Shown here one piece after another: positions 19,240 to 29,517 of a stretch of 64,000 bases of DNA. The DNA comes from an uncultured Rhizobium sp. (GTDB lineage: Bacteria; Bacteroidota; Bacteroidia; NS11-12g; UBA955): NCBI GenBank assembly GCA_964527775.1, contig CAZGQS010000001.1, forward strand, positions 222,922 to 286,921. The letters run 5' to 3'. The position numbers and the translations under genes are program-made. How positions within the stretch are numbered: position 1 is the stretch's first letter; every line of letters starts with the position of its first letter. The notes beneath the pieces were generated by a model. The model was given only the letters and a program-made list of their open reading frames with translations, searched no databases and was not told the origin of the DNA.

Positions 19240-19256
19240 GGGAGGTGTTACCTCCC
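19240..19256 (-). terminator. Intercistronic stem-loop between the ALDH and DUF779 genes (possible partial terminator or RNA-stability element)
   Basis: GGGAGGT-GTT-ACCTCCC gives a 7-bp GC-rich stem. On the minus strand it is followed by CTTTTCTTTT, directly before the DUF779 ATG. Confidence 0.35.
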
Positions 19257-19277
19257 CTTTCAGATATAAAATATCAG

Positions 19278-20783
19278 TTAAAAGAATCCAAGTTTATTTT
19301 TATTGTAGGAAATCAACATGTTTTTGGCTTGTCGATAATGATTGAGCATCATTTTGTGGGTTTCTCTTCCGAACCCAGATTTTTTATATCCGCCAAAAGG
19401 AGCATGTGCTGGATAGGCGTGATAACAATTTACCCAAACCCTACCTGCTTGAATGGCTCTTGGCAGTCTGTATAGTTCATGCGCGTCTCTTGTCCAAACC
19501 CCTGCACCCAAACCATAAAGCGTATCATTGGCAATATCAATGGCTTCTTCCATGGTTTTAAAAGTGGTTACACCAACAACAGGGCCAAAAATTTCCTCTT
19601 GGAAAACACGCATTTTGTTGTGGCCTTTTAAAATGGTAGGTTGAATGTAATATCCATCATTCAAACCAATGTTAGCCGAAGCTGAACCTCCACCACAAAG
19701 TACTTCAGCACCTTCTTCCTTTCCAATTTCAATGTAATTTAGTATTTTTTCGTATTGGTCATTTGAAGCTTGAGCACCCATCATGGTATTGCTATCTAAT
19801 GGATGTCCTAGTTTTATCGCTTTTGTGCGTTCAATGACGCGGCTCATGAATTTTTCATAAATGCTTTCATGAACCAAAATTCTTGAGGGACAAGTACAAA
19901 CCTCACCTTGGTTAAGAGCAAACATAACAGCGCCTTCCACACATTTATCAAAGAATTCATCATCTTCATCAGCAATACTTGGCATGAAAATATTGGGAGA
20001 TTTACCACCAAGCTCCATGGTTACCGGATTTAAATTCTCAGATGCGTATTGCATAATTAATCTTCCAGTGGTTGTTTCACCGGTAAATGCTACTTTTTGA
20101 ACTCTTGGAGATGTCGCCAAAGGTTTTCCAGCTTCTAAGCCAAAACCAGTGACTACGTTTAATACGCCTTTAGGAAGTATGTCTTTAATCAAGTCCATCC
20201 AAACCATAATAGAAGTAGGTGTTTGTTCAGCCGGTTTAACTACTACACAACATCCAGCGGCTAGTGCGGGTGCAATTTTCCAAGCGGCCATCAACAAGGG
20301 AAAGTTCCAAGGGATAATTTGCCCTACAACCCCAATGGGTTCATGTACTATTAAACTAAGTGTATCTTCATCGTGTTCAGAAAGTTCACCCTCATCGGCT
20401 CTAATGACCCCTGCAAAATATCTAAAATGATCAATAGCCAATGGTAAATCTGCAGCCATAGTTTCTCTAATTGCTTTGCCGTTGTCAACGGTTTCAACTT
20501 GTGCGAGATATTCCATGTTTTGCTCCATTTTATCGGCAATCGCCAATAATAATTTACTGCGTGTTGCAGCACTTGATTTTCCCCAAGTTTTAAAAGCTTT
20601 ATTTGCTGCATCAATGGCTTTATTGATGTCATCGGCATTGCCTCTGGCAGCTTTTGAAAATAACGATCCATCGATGGGCGTTGTGTTTTCGAAGTACTGT
20701 CCGGAGCTAGGAGCTACCCATGTACCATCGATAAAATGGTCATACTGGGATTTTACGGTTGGGAATTTAAATGTTGTTGTCAT
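19278..20783 (-). CDS. NAD(P)-dependent aldehyde dehydrogenase
   Basis: ALDH motifs ELGGKSPNI (catalytic Glu) and GEVCTCPSR (catalytic Cys), plus FTGETTTG and [13 protein letters not shown]. Confidence 0.9.
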   Translation of the reverse strand: MTTTFKFPTVKSQYDHFIDGTWVAPSSGQYFENTTPIDGSLFSKAARGNADDINKAIDAANKAFKTWGKSSAATRSKLLLAIADKMEQNMEYLAQVETVDNGKAIRETMAADLPLAIDHFRYFAGVIRADEGELSEHDEDTLSLIVHEPIGVVGQIIPWNFPLLMAAWKIAPALAAGCCVVVKPAEQTPTSIMVWMDLIKDILPKGVLNVVTGFGLEAGKPLATSPRVQKVAFTGETTTGRLIMQYASENLNPVTMELGGKSPNIFMPSIADEDDEFFDKCVEGAVMFALNQGEVCTCPSRILVHESIYEKFMSRVIERTKAIKLGHPLDSNTMMGAQASNDQYEKILNYIEIGKEEGAEVLCGGGSASANIGLNDGYYIQPTILKGHNKMRVFQEEIFGPVVGVTTFKTMEEAIDIANDTLYGLGAGVWTRDAHELYRLPRAIQAGRVWVNCYHAYPAHAPFGGYKKSGFGRETHKMMLNHYRQAKNMLISYNKNKLGFF

Positions 20784-20942
20784 TTGCTAAAAAATTTGTT
20801 TCCAAAGATTTGAAATTTATGATTGTAGAATTTCACGTTATCATCTAAAAAAATCACCCAATTGTATCAAATATTCAGCGCGTTATGAGAGAAGAAGATT
20901 TTCTTTTCTTAAATTGTGTTTAAGAAATAAGTTAAACATAAA

Positions 20943-21857
20943 ATGTTTTATCATCAGGTACCCATATTGAATGAGTCTAAATTGAGCTCTTTGATAGAAA
21001 ATAGGCAGATCTATGATATGGCATCGTGTCAATTAAATGTGTTTGAAACTCACCAGGAAGCAGCTCAAGTGGAATTGCAGTTTGATGATTTGGTATTAAC
21101 TACCATGTTGAGAGGGAAAAAGATAATGCACCTTCCCAACAGGGATTCATTTGATTATCATCCAGGAGAAAGTGTATTGGTTAAACCATCTGAGAAAATG
21201 GTTATTGATTTTCCAGAAGCAAAGCGTGATGACCCCACTCAATGTTTAGCATTAGCAATTTCACAAGAAAATATTCGCCAAGCCGTGAGTCGACTCAATG
21301 AAAAATTACCGTTGGAACCAGATTTAGGTGAATGGACTATTCAAGAACGTATGTTTCATTTGACCAATGACCAAGGTTTAGAAAATACGATTAGTCGAAT
21401 CATTGAGTTAGGTATATATAATCAAACTTCGGCAAAGGATATATTTATTGATTTAACATTACAGGAGTTAATATACAGATTATTACAAACTCAAGCTAGA
21501 CAGTTAATTGAACTTGAAGGTCGGCAATTACAGGGTAAAAACAGGTTTGCCTATATTGACTGCTTTATTAAAGACAATATTCATGAAAAAATTGATGTTG
21601 ATCAATTAGCAGATAAAGCTTGCATGAGCAGACCCAATTTCTTTCGGCGATTTAAACAATATTTTGGAGTTTCTCCTAATGAATATATCCAACAGCAAAA
21701 ATTGAAGACCGCAAAAAAATACCTGATCGGAGAAGGTAAACCAGTGAATGAAGTAGCATTTATGCTCGGATATCAAAACATGAATCAATTAATTAGAATT
21801 TTTAAGTCTTCGGAGGGTATGACGCCAAAACAATTTCAGATCAAACACAGGATATAG
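20943..21857 (+). CDS. AraC family transcriptional regulator
   Basis: C-terminal double HTH (LADKACMSRPNFFRRFKQYFGVSPNEYIQQQKL...VAFMLGYQNMNQLIRIFK). N-terminal cupin-like sensor. Divergent from the ALDH operon. Confidence 0.85.
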   Translation: MFYHQVPILNESKLSSLIENRQIYDMASCQLNVFETHQEAAQVELQFDDLVLTTMLRGKKIMHLPNRDSFDYHPGESVLVKPSEKMVIDFPEAKRDDPTQCLALAISQENIRQAVSRLNEKLPLEPDLGEWTIQERMFHLTNDQGLENTISRIIELGIYNQTSAKDIFIDLTLQELIYRLLQTQARQLIELEGRQLQGKNRFAYIDCFIKDNIHEKIDVDQLADKACMSRPNFFRRFKQYFGVSPNEYIQQQKLKTAKKYLIGEGKPVNEVAFMLGYQNMNQLIRIFKSSEGMTPKQFQIKHRI

Positions 21858-21886
21858 TTGAATTTTGAACCGTTTTCTTAAATTTG
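21858..21886 (+). promoter_or_regulatory. Candidate promoter of the M42 peptidase gene (-33 TTG 21858-21860, -7 TAAATTTG 21879-21886)
   Basis: Perfect TAnnTTTG with a TTG 18 nt upstream. The box ends 5 nt before the ATG at 21892, which argues against the listed TTG start at 21865. Confidence 0.45.
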
Positions 21887-21891
21887 TAGGT

Positions 21892-22959
21892 ATGAGAAAC
21901 GAATCTAAAGAATTCTTACATAAATACCTTGACAATGTCTCTCCAACGGGATTTGAATATAGCGGCCAAAAGATTTGGTTAGATTATTTGGAGCCATATG
22001 TAGATGAACAATTTATGGATGTCTATGGAACCGCAGTTGGTGTAATCAATCCAGGTAAAGAATACAAAGTGGTTTTAGAAGCTCACGCTGACGAAATTAG
22101 TTGGTTTGTTAATCATATTACCGACGACGGCTATATTTATGTTATTCGCAACGGTGGAAGTGATTTCCAGATTGCACCGAGCATGCGTTGTAATATTTTC
22201 TGCGAAAATGGTGAAATTATAAAGGGTATTTTTGGGTGGCCAGCCATTCACGTTAGACCCGATAAAAATCCTGAAACAAAACAAGACACCATATTCATAG
22301 ATGTTGGATGCAAAAACAAAGAAGAAGTTATAGCCTTAGGTATTCATGTCGGAGCAGTTGCAGTTTTTGAAGCTGGCTCTGAGTGGTTGAACGACCAATT
22401 TTTAATCGGTAGGGCTTTGGATAATAGAATTGGTGGATTTATGATTGCCGAAGTTGCCAGAACCATCAAAGAAAACAACATCGATCTACCCTTTTCATTA
22501 TACATAGTTAACTCAGTACAGGAAGAAATTGGATTGCGTGGAGCTGAAATGATATCCAGAAGAATCAATCCAGATGTCGCTATAATTACAGACGTAACTC
22601 ATGATACACATTCGCCTTTATACGATAAAAAGAAACAAGGCGATTGTAAATGCGGCAGAGGTCCAGTAGTTACTTACGGTCCAGCAGTACAAAATAACCT
22701 ACTTCAATTCATCATTCAAGTAGCAAAAGATAATAAAATTGATTTTCAAAGAAATGCAGTTAGCCGATCAACTGGAACGGATACTGATAGTTTTGCCTAT
22801 TCTTCTACTGGAGTTGCTTCTGCGTTAATTTCATTGCCATTGAAATACATGCATACTACGGTTGAGACTGTGCATCACGATGATATTCAAGGATGCATTG
22901 ACTTGATGTACTATTCTGTTAAAGCTTTGAAGACTGGACAACAATTCCACTATTTGTAA
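21892..22959 (+). CDS. M42 family metallopeptidase (glutamyl aminopeptidase / FrvX-like)
   Basis: Motifs EAHADEI, ALDNRIGG, QEEIGLRGA, and the ITDVTHDT metal-ligand blocks. Confidence 0.85.
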   Translation: MRNESKEFLHKYLDNVSPTGFEYSGQKIWLDYLEPYVDEQFMDVYGTAVGVINPGKEYKVVLEAHADEISWFVNHITDDGYIYVIRNGGSDFQIAPSMRCNIFCENGEIIKGIFGWPAIHVRPDKNPETKQDTIFIDVGCKNKEEVIALGIHVGAVAVFEAGSEWLNDQFLIGRALDNRIGGFMIAEVARTIKENNIDLPFSLYIVNSVQEEIGLRGAEMISRRINPDVAIITDVTHDTHSPLYDKKKQGDCKCGRGPVVTYGPAVQNNLLQFIIQVAKDNKIDFQRNAVSRSTGTDTDSFAYSSTGVASALISLPLKYMHTTVETVHHDDIQGCIDLMYYSVKALKTGQQFHYL

Positions 22960-22968
22960 TTCAGATTT

Positions 22969-23871
22969 ATGTATTCACCGGAAATACCCAAAGCACCTAC
23001 CCTTTTCAAACTTTTGGTATTTCCGTGGCTTTATTTGATTTCAAAACTGCCATTTTGGTTATTGTATAGAATATCTGATTGTGTATTCGTCTTATTGTTT
23101 TATATACTCAGATATCGTCGTAAAGTGGTGCGAGAAAACTTACGGAATTCTTTCCCAAATAGAGAAAATAGTTACCTCAAGTCTATTGAACGCAAGTATT
23201 ATAGACATCTTTCAGATCTTTTTGTTGAAACCATCAAAGGATATTCAATTTCTGAAAAACAAATGATGAGACGAATGATCAATGAGAATGAAGATGTTTA
23301 TCTAGACTATTATAACAAAAATCAAAGCTTTATCGTGGTAATGAGTCATTGCGGCAATTGGGAGTGGATATGCCTAATGTCTCAATTAACTTGCAAACAA
23401 CAGGTATTTTGTACCTATAAAACATTAAGTTCAGATGGCTTCAATTGGTTTATGTATCAGATTCGCTCAAAGTTTGGTGCTACACCCGTTAGTATGACAG
23501 AAACCTTGAGGTCGTTTGCCAATAATCGAGACATTGTAACCGTTACAGCCCTGATTGGCGACCAAAATCCGTCAGGCGTAAATCAAGTTTATTGGGCCGA
23601 TTCCTTTTTAAATCAAGAGACTGCCTTTCTTAGTGGTCCTGCTAAAATTTCGAAGAAGTTTAATTTGCCCATTGTTTATTTGGATAGTCGCAAGCTTTCT
23701 CGAGGACATTATGCCGCTAGATCCATAACCATAGTTGATAATCCATCAGATTTGACAGAAGATCAAATCAGTCAAAGAATTTCATATCATATTCAAAATG
23801 AGATCCAAAATCAGCCAGAAATTTGGCTTTGGAGTCATAGACGTTGGAAGCACAAAAGAATATCAAAATAA
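22969..23871 (+). CDS. LpxL/HtrB-family lipid A (Kdo2-lipid IVA-type) late acyltransferase
   Basis: N-terminal membrane anchor. HCGNWEW (HX4E/D acyltransferase motif). About 300 aa. Confidence 0.75.
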   Translation: MYSPEIPKAPTLFKLLVFPWLYLISKLPFWLLYRISDCVFVLLFYILRYRRKVVRENLRNSFPNRENSYLKSIERKYYRHLSDLFVETIKGYSISEKQMMRRMINENEDVYLDYYNKNQSFIVVMSHCGNWEWICLMSQLTCKQQVFCTYKTLSSDGFNWFMYQIRSKFGATPVSMTETLRSFANNRDIVTVTALIGDQNPSGVNQVYWADSFLNQETAFLSGPAKISKKFNLPIVYLDSRKLSRGHYAARSITIVDNPSDLTEDQISQRISYHIQNEIQNQPEIWLWSHRRWKHKRISK

Positions 23872-23896
23872 ATGACGAGGATTTCTTGGTTTTTGT

Positions 23897-23904
23897 TAAA
23901 TTTG
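23897..23904 (+). promoter_or_regulatory. Candidate -7 box (TAAATTTG) upstream of the ArsR-family gene
   Basis: Perfect TAnnTTTG 16 nt before the ATG at 23921. No properly spaced -33 TTG was seen. Confidence 0.35.
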
Positions 23905-23920
23905 CATTTAACGATAAATC

Positions 23921-24250
23921 ATGAAAAAGACGGACTCTTTCGCAGAATCAACTGAAAAATTAGCCAGTTTATCAAAAGCTATTGGCCACCCAGCTCGAAT
24001 TCAGATTTTATTGTTTCTAATGGAATCTGGTCCTTCTACTTGCCAAGATATAGTTGATAAACTCCCTTATTCTCAAAGTACTGTTTCAGGACATTTACAA
24101 AAGCTCAAAGAAGACGGTTACATCAATTTAAAATATCAGAAAACGTCTTCCATATACACGATTCAAAAGGACACACTGTTTGAATTAAATAAATTGGTTC
24201 AAACGGTATTTAAGTTATTGCCAGACAAGCCTCAACTGTCTCTATTTTAA
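23921..24250 (+). CDS. ArsR/SmtB family winged-helix transcriptional regulator
   Basis: 109 aa. LSKAIGHPARIQILLFL...STCQDIVDKLPYSQSTVSGHLQKLKEDG is a typical ArsR HTH. Confidence 0.8.
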   Translation: MKKTDSFAESTEKLASLSKAIGHPARIQILLFLMESGPSTCQDIVDKLPYSQSTVSGHLQKLKEDGYINLKYQKTSSIYTIQKDTLFELNKLVQTVFKLLPDKPQLSLF

Positions 24251-24253
24251 AAC

Positions 24254-25465
24254 CTATTTGTAGGTTTCAACTATTAATCCAGTTAATAGTTTGGGTTCAA
24301 TAAAGGTTGATTTAGGCGGCATGATTGAGCCTTCGTCTGCAACAGCTCTAATTTCTGCCATTGTATTTGAATGGAACAAAAATCCAATTTCATCTTCTTT
24401 TAGATAATTCATCATTTGTTGAATGGACATATCCCCTCTTTGAAATCGGATATTTACATCATGAGCAGAATCTGTGATGTTGAATGCTGGCCCAAAAATT
24501 AGATTTTCTGTGATCGCCACATCCAATTGATCAACGGCTTTTGAAGAATTGGATTCTGGAAGCTTGAAAATAAATGCTTGCCCATTGCAGAAGCAACATA
24601 CCGAACGGAAAGGAACTGATTTATAATCAGATTGATCATTTAAATCTAATTTAGTGCATTCAATACTTTGATTTTCTAGGAAAGATTGAAATTGTTCGTG
24701 TTTAAGTTCAGTTTTTACAATTCTATAGAATGGTTTGATGAGTAAATCGTCTTCATTCATAATTAGAGCCATAAAACCCTTGCCAGAGTTATGTCCAAAC
24801 TGATCAACCAAAAACCTAGAAGAACCAGCTACTCTATGGTGTCCATCGGCAATATACAATGAATCTATATGTTGAAATTCACTGAGTACAGAAGATTGCA
24901 ATGATTTGTCTTGAATCACCCAAACTTGATGTAAATTATCCATCTCATCAGTGACACTCAATGTGGGTGGTGTTTGTAATACCTCGCTTGCCCAAACATT
25001 TAATGAACTTGGCAAAACCTGTGATAGAAGAACAGGTTCAGCCATAGAATTCAATACTTGAATGTGTTTAACTAAACGATCTTCTTTGGCACGAATGGTG
25101 TTTTCATGTCGTTTAACCTTGCCATCCAAATAATCATCTCCATCAACACCAATGATCCAGCCACCAAGTTTGGCACCGGCGTGATGAGTTTGTTCATAAT
25201 AGAATATTGAATTATTGATTTCAGTCAAATTGCCTGATGATTTCAATAAATCAAAATATTGAACACTCGAATTATAAAATTCTTCGGTTCCGGCTACAAG
25301 ATTAGGATTTATAAATTGAGGTTTAACAATTCTCAAATAGCTTAAATCCGACTTTTGAGCTTTTTCAATTAACAAGTGTTCGGGGAGTTTCCCAGATCCT
25401 AGACTTACTACATCAGAAATTACTTCCTGTTTCGGAAGAAGAGTATTGATGGGAAAAACCTTCAT
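24254..25465 (-). CDS. DUF1015 domain-containing protein
   Basis: Conserved YIADGHHR block and about 400 aa. Located downstream of serC-serA. Confidence 0.75.
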   Translation of the reverse strand: MKVFPINTLLPKQEVISDVVSLGSGKLPEHLLIEKAQKSDLSYLRIVKPQFINPNLVAGTEEFYNSSVQYFDLLKSSGNLTEINNSIFYYEQTHHAGAKLGGWIIGVDGDDYLDGKVKRHENTIRAKEDRLVKHIQVLNSMAEPVLLSQVLPSSLNVWASEVLQTPPTLSVTDEMDNLHQVWVIQDKSLQSSVLSEFQHIDSLYIADGHHRVAGSSRFLVDQFGHNSGKGFMALIMNEDDLLIKPFYRIVKTELKHEQFQSFLENQSIECTKLDLNDQSDYKSVPFRSVCCFCNGQAFIFKLPESNSSKAVDQLDVAITENLIFGPAFNITDSAHDVNIRFQRGDMSIQQMMNYLKEDEIGFLFHSNTMAEIRAVADEGSIMPPKSTFIEPKLLTGLIVETYK

Positions 25466-25473
25466 AAAAAAAT

Positions 25474-26424
25474 CTACTTTAAGTGTTGAACTATTTTCTC
25501 AGCCAACTCAATTCCTACACGCATTTGAGCTTCTGCAGTGCTAGCACCAATATGAGGACTCAATGAAGCATTATTTAGTGATAAAATGGTATCATTTGTA
25601 GGAGGTTCATTTTCAAAAACATCCACCCCTGAAAAAGCAATCTTACCATCTTTCATTGCTTGTGCGAGTGCATTTTCATTGACAACTCCTCCCCTTGCAC
25701 AATTGATCAAAACGGCGCCTTGTTTCATTTTACGGATTTCAGATTCACCGATAGATTCGGCACTACCAGGTGTATGCACGGTTAAAATATCACTTTCTCC
25801 TAAAACAGTATCTAAATCCTGGCCTTTCAAGGTAATTTGAAAGTTTTTTACTTGATATTCAGGATGTAAATTAACCACTAAATCAAATGATCTTCCTTTA
25901 TAATCGTAAACTAAGACTTTCATACCAAGTCCAATAGCCATTTTAGCAACTTCTTGTCCTATTCTTCCGAATCCAATGATTCCAATACTTTTTCCTGTTA
26001 ATTCAAATCCTTCAGAGGCAGTTTTTTTGAGGGACTTAAATTCTTCTTTTCCGAATTCAGGCATTCTTCTATTGCTGAGATGCAAGAATCTTGAAACCGA
26101 AAATGCATGTGCGAACACCAATTCAGCTACACTTCTAGAAGAGGCATTTGGGGTATTCAATACAGGGATACCTGCTACACCAGCAGCTTTAAGATCAATA
26201 TTATCTAAACCAACGCCAGCTCTCGCAATAACTTTTAAATTAACCCCAGCTTGAATGACCTCGGATGTAACTTTTGTGGCACTTCTAACTATCAAAACCT
26301 CATAATTGCTTATTTTATCGCAAAGCTCCGATTGGGGTATTGATTGAGTATCTACTTCAAATCCTGCATTTTCAAGAATTGCTTTTCCCGCGGCGTCTAT
26401 ACCGTCATTTGCTAAAATTCTCAT
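25474..26424 (-). CDS. serA: D-3-phosphoglycerate dehydrogenase / D-isomer 2-hydroxyacid dehydrogenase (short form without ACT domain)
   Basis: NAD-binding GIIGFGRIGQEVA, catalytic region NCARGG...SPHIGAST, adjacent to serC. Confidence 0.8.
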   Translation of the reverse strand: MRILANDGIDAAGKAILENAGFEVDTQSIPQSELCDKISNYEVLIVRSATKVTSEVIQAGVNLKVIARAGVGLDNIDLKAAGVAGIPVLNTPNASSRSVAELVFAHAFSVSRFLHLSNRRMPEFGKEEFKSLKKTASEGFELTGKSIGIIGFGRIGQEVAKMAIGLGMKVLVYDYKGRSFDLVVNLHPEYQVKNFQITLKGQDLDTVLGESDILTVHTPGSAESIGESEIRKMKQGAVLINCARGGVVNENALAQAMKDGKIAFSGVDVFENEPPTNDTILSLNNASLSPHIGASTAEAQMRVGIELAEKIVQHLK

Positions 26425-26426
26425 GA

Positions 26427-27503
26427 TTACTTGTTGAAATTAGTCATTACATCTACCAAGGCTTGAACACTCTCAAGTGGTAAAGCATTGTACAAGGATG
26501 CCCTATAACCACCTACGCTTCTATGTCCTTTGATTCCGGAAATTCCATGTTCTTTACAAGCGGTTTCAAATTTTTCCTCCAAAGAGTTATATTCAGGTTT
26601 GAAAACAAAGCAAACATTCATTTTACTTCTACTGTTTACTTCTGCAGTACCTTGAAAATATTCGCTACTGTCAATGGTAGAATACAATAAATCAGCTTTT
26701 TCAGAATTGCGTTTTTCCATACCTTGCACGCCACCCATTTGTTTCACCCATTCAAGGTTGTATTTAGATACTAAAATGGGGAATACAGGTGGGGTATTAT
26801 ACATGCTTCCGTTTTTAGCATGTGTTTGATACTTGAGCATTGTTGGAACATGTCTTTCAGACATATTATTGTACATGGATTTCTTGATGATTACCAATGT
26901 AACACCTGCTGGCCCAAGATTTTTTTGTGCACCGGCGTATATGAGATCAAATTTACTTACATCAACTGGACGAGAGAAAATATCAGAGCTCATATCACAA
27001 ATCAATGGAATATCGCATTTTGGAAATTCTTGTATTTGAGTTCCGTAAATGGTATTGTTTGAAGTGCAATGGAAATAATCATCGGTATTATTGATGGTAT
27101 ACTCTGTTGGGACAAAATTGAAGTTTTTACCTTCACTGCTTGCAACAACATTCACATTTCCAAAATGAACTGCTTCTTCAATTGCTTTTGTTGCCCAAGT
27201 TCCAGTGTTTGTATATGAAGCCGATTTTTTCAAGAAATTCATTGGAATTTGAAAAAACTGTGTAGAAGCTCCACCTTGAACGAAAAGTACATCATACTCA
27301 TCTGAAACCGAAAGAATCTCACGGATTAAAGAAATGGCCTCATCCATCACCGCTTCAAACTGTTTGCTTCGGTGAGAAATTTCCAAAATGTTTAAACCTG
27401 TGTTCGCGAAATTTACTAGATCTTCTCTGCTTTTTTCAATGGCATACTGCGATAAAATTGAAGGACCTGCAGAAAAATTGTGAATCTTTTTGGTGTTGCT
27501 CAT
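26427..27503 (-). CDS. serC: 3-phosphoserine / phosphohydroxythreonine aminotransferase
   Basis: N-terminus IHNFSAGPSILS, GGASTQF, AGAQKNLGPAGVT (PLP Lys), GHRSVGGYRASLYNA. Confidence 0.92.
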   Translation of the reverse strand: MSNTKKIHNFSAGPSILSQYAIEKSREDLVNFANTGLNILEISHRSKQFEAVMDEAISLIREILSVSDEYDVLFVQGGASTQFFQIPMNFLKKSASYTNTGTWATKAIEEAVHFGNVNVVASSEGKNFNFVPTEYTINNTDDYFHCTSNNTIYGTQIQEFPKCDIPLICDMSSDIFSRPVDVSKFDLIYAGAQKNLGPAGVTLVIIKKSMYNNMSERHVPTMLKYQTHAKNGSMYNTPPVFPILVSKYNLEWVKQMGGVQGMEKRNSEKADLLYSTIDSSEYFQGTAEVNSRSKMNVCFVFKPEYNSLEEKFETACKEHGISGIKGHRSVGGYRASLYNALPLESVQALVDVMTNFNK

Positions 27504-27547
27504 AAACTACTACAATTTTACGTGTATAATTGCGTGTTTACAAGAAA

Positions 27548-28132
27548 ATGCAGTGTTTGTTTCGGATATTTTCAATGACAATTTTATTATTTAATTGTTC
27601 TTCAGTCTTTTCGCAATATGAAGGTTTAGATAGCAATAGAAGACAAATGAAGCAAATAAAAAAAGAAGACGATGCTCCCTTTGCAGATGAGATTGTTGCA
27701 TACCGTTATAGAGACCTGAAGTATAATGGTGCAGATGTAACGGCTTTTGGTTATGCTGGAGTGTATTCTCTGGAATTATCGCCTTACACAGGATTGCATT
27801 TCAACAATAAAATTTTTGCAGCAGCTGGTCTTTCAGGAGGATTTTTTCAAAGTGATTTACGAGGAATAGCCACATTCAATGGCGCCACATTTGCATTCGT
27901 TAGAATACCCATTAATTCTATCTTCCTGCATGCAGAATACAGATATCAAAATGCATTGGTCGATATCTCACCAAATATCAGAGAAACTTATGGAACAGGA
28001 ATATTTGGGATTGGATATGCAGATGGTTCGCAAATCAATTCCTATTTTTTAGTAGGTTTTGCAACCAATCCCAAGTATGCCTATACCTCCTCATTGGGAA
28101 GTATCATTTATCGATTTGGTTTTCGATTTTAG
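27548..28132 (+). CDS. Hypothetical small outer-membrane beta-barrel-like protein
   Basis: Signal peptide MQCLFRIFSMTILLFNCSSVFSQ from the ATG at 27548. Alternating hydrophobic and Gly/aromatic-rich segments. C-terminal ...YRFGFRF ends in Phe, as in OMP beta-signals. Confidence 0.45.
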   Translation: MQCLFRIFSMTILLFNCSSVFSQYEGLDSNRRQMKQIKKEDDAPFADEIVAYRYRDLKYNGADVTAFGYAGVYSLELSPYTGLHFNNKIFAAAGLSGGFFQSDLRGIATFNGATFAFVRIPINSIFLHAEYRYQNALVDISPNIRETYGTGIFGIGYADGSQINSYFLVGFATNPKYAYTSSLGSIIYRFGFRF

Positions 28133-29517
28133 AAAATTCTTTCGGTGATCACAGGTAATAGCCCCAATGTAATGATCAACAACATACCAATAATTAAACA
28201 AATCTGAGAAAAAAGCCCATTATTTGAGTTTTGTTCAACATCTACCTCATTAGATTCTGCTAATGCATATCTGAAAGGTTTAAAATAATAGGCAATACTG
28301 ATTGCAGAACCTAATAAAGCTAAATAAACGGAGTAATGGTTCTGGGAAAAAGCAGCTGAAAACAATTGGTATTTTGCTACGAAACCAATGGTAGATGGAA
28401 CCCCAGCAATAGAAAGTGTACCAATGACTAAAGCGGCCATGTCAATTTTGTTATTCTTGATGTTTTTGAACATTTCGAATGACTTTTCTCCATGAACTGA
28501 GTATTTATCCATCAGATAAAATAGGATTATTGTTCCTAATCCATAACTCAATAAATAAGTTCCAAGTATTGGAAGATTCTCTTCCATTGGTAGAATTAAA
28601 AACAATAGTAAATATCCTGCATTAGAAATACTTGAGTATGCCAAGGTTCTTTTCACGGTTTGTTGAACCAAAGCTGCAATATTTCCAGCCAGTATAGTCA
28701 ATATACTAACAGGTACAATCCATTGATTGATCCAAATTTGCATGGGTGAAAAGGTATTTATCAACTGTGCGAATGCAACAAATCCAGCTACTTTCACAAT
28801 CACTGCCATAAATGTCGCTACACGATTTGGACTACCTTCATAAACATCGGGGCTCCAAAAGTGAAAAGGAACTGCTGATACTTTAAATAACAAACCTACC
28901 GACATCAAAATAACTCCAGCCTTCAGAAGAACAGGAAATTCACCAAAATGAGCGGCAAATGAAAGTTTCATTTGAATTTCAGCAAGAATCAACGTTCCTG
29001 AACCGCCATAGGTAAATGCTGCACCTAGAAGGAAAATAGCCGTTGAAAATGCACCCATAAGGAAATATTTCATGGCCGCTTCGTTACCATAAATATTCTC
29101 TTTTTCACTACCTGCTAATACGAACAAAGGAATAGAAAGTACTTCCAATCCCAAGAAAAGCATAACAAGGTGTTGAGACCCAACCATCATCATTGCACCG
29201 GTTAATGCAAAGGCAAACAATCCTAAAACGTCTGCACCTTTTTTATCGGTAGATGGCAATAAAGAAAGAATGTAAAATCCAAAGAAAGAAAGTACAGAAA
29301 CCATACTTAATTTAAAAGCGCTGAAGTTCAACATATGGGAGGGTACCCATTTGAAGAGTTCAGAAAAATCTATCCAACCTTGACTTTCAGCCCCAGATAA
29401 CAATGCTGATAACAGCATGAAAAGTTGAAGAATCCCAAGGCTCTTTGACTCTGACTTATTTAAACCCCAGAAAAGGGTAATAACACCTCCTAAAAAAACT
29501 AAGGCTATTCCAATCAT
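28129..29517 (-). CDS. nuoN: NADH-quinone oxidoreductase subunit N
   Basis: Polytopic antiporter-like subunit at the last position of the nuoI-N block. 4-nt overlap with nuoM. Confidence 0.9.
   Translation of the reverse strand: MIGIALVFLGGVITLFWGLNKSESKSLGILQLFMLLSALLSGAESQGWIDFSELFKWVPSHMLNFSAFKLSMVSVLSFFGFYILSLLPSTDKKGADVLGLFAFALTGAMMMVGSQHLVMLFLGLEVLSIPLFVLAGSEKENIYGNEAAMKYFLMGAFSTAIFLLGAAFTYGGSGTLILAEIQMKLSFAAHFGEFPVLLKAGVILMSVGLLFKVSAVPFHFWSPDVYEGSPNRVATFMAVIVKVAGFVAFAQLINTFSPMQIWINQWIVPVSILTILAGNIAALVQQTVKRTLAYSSISNAGYLLLFLILPMEENLPILGTYLLSYGLGTIILFYLMDKYSVHGEKSFEMFKNIKNNKIDMAALVIGTLSIAGVPSTIGFVAKYQLFSAAFSQNHYSVYLALLGSAISIAYYFKPFRYALAESNEVDVEQNSNNGLFSQICLIIGMLLIITLGLLPVITERIF

Noticed and set aside
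23921-24250. ArsR-family regulator as part of an arsenic/metal resistance operon or a toxin-antitoxin pair
   Set aside because: No arsB/arsC/acr3, metal efflux or small toxin-like ORF is adjacent. The upstream neighbour is an LpxL acyltransferase and the downstream neighbour is convergent (DUF1015). It lacks the metal-binding Cys pair of ArsR proper (only a single Cys in STCQD). It is best left as a generic HTH regulator.
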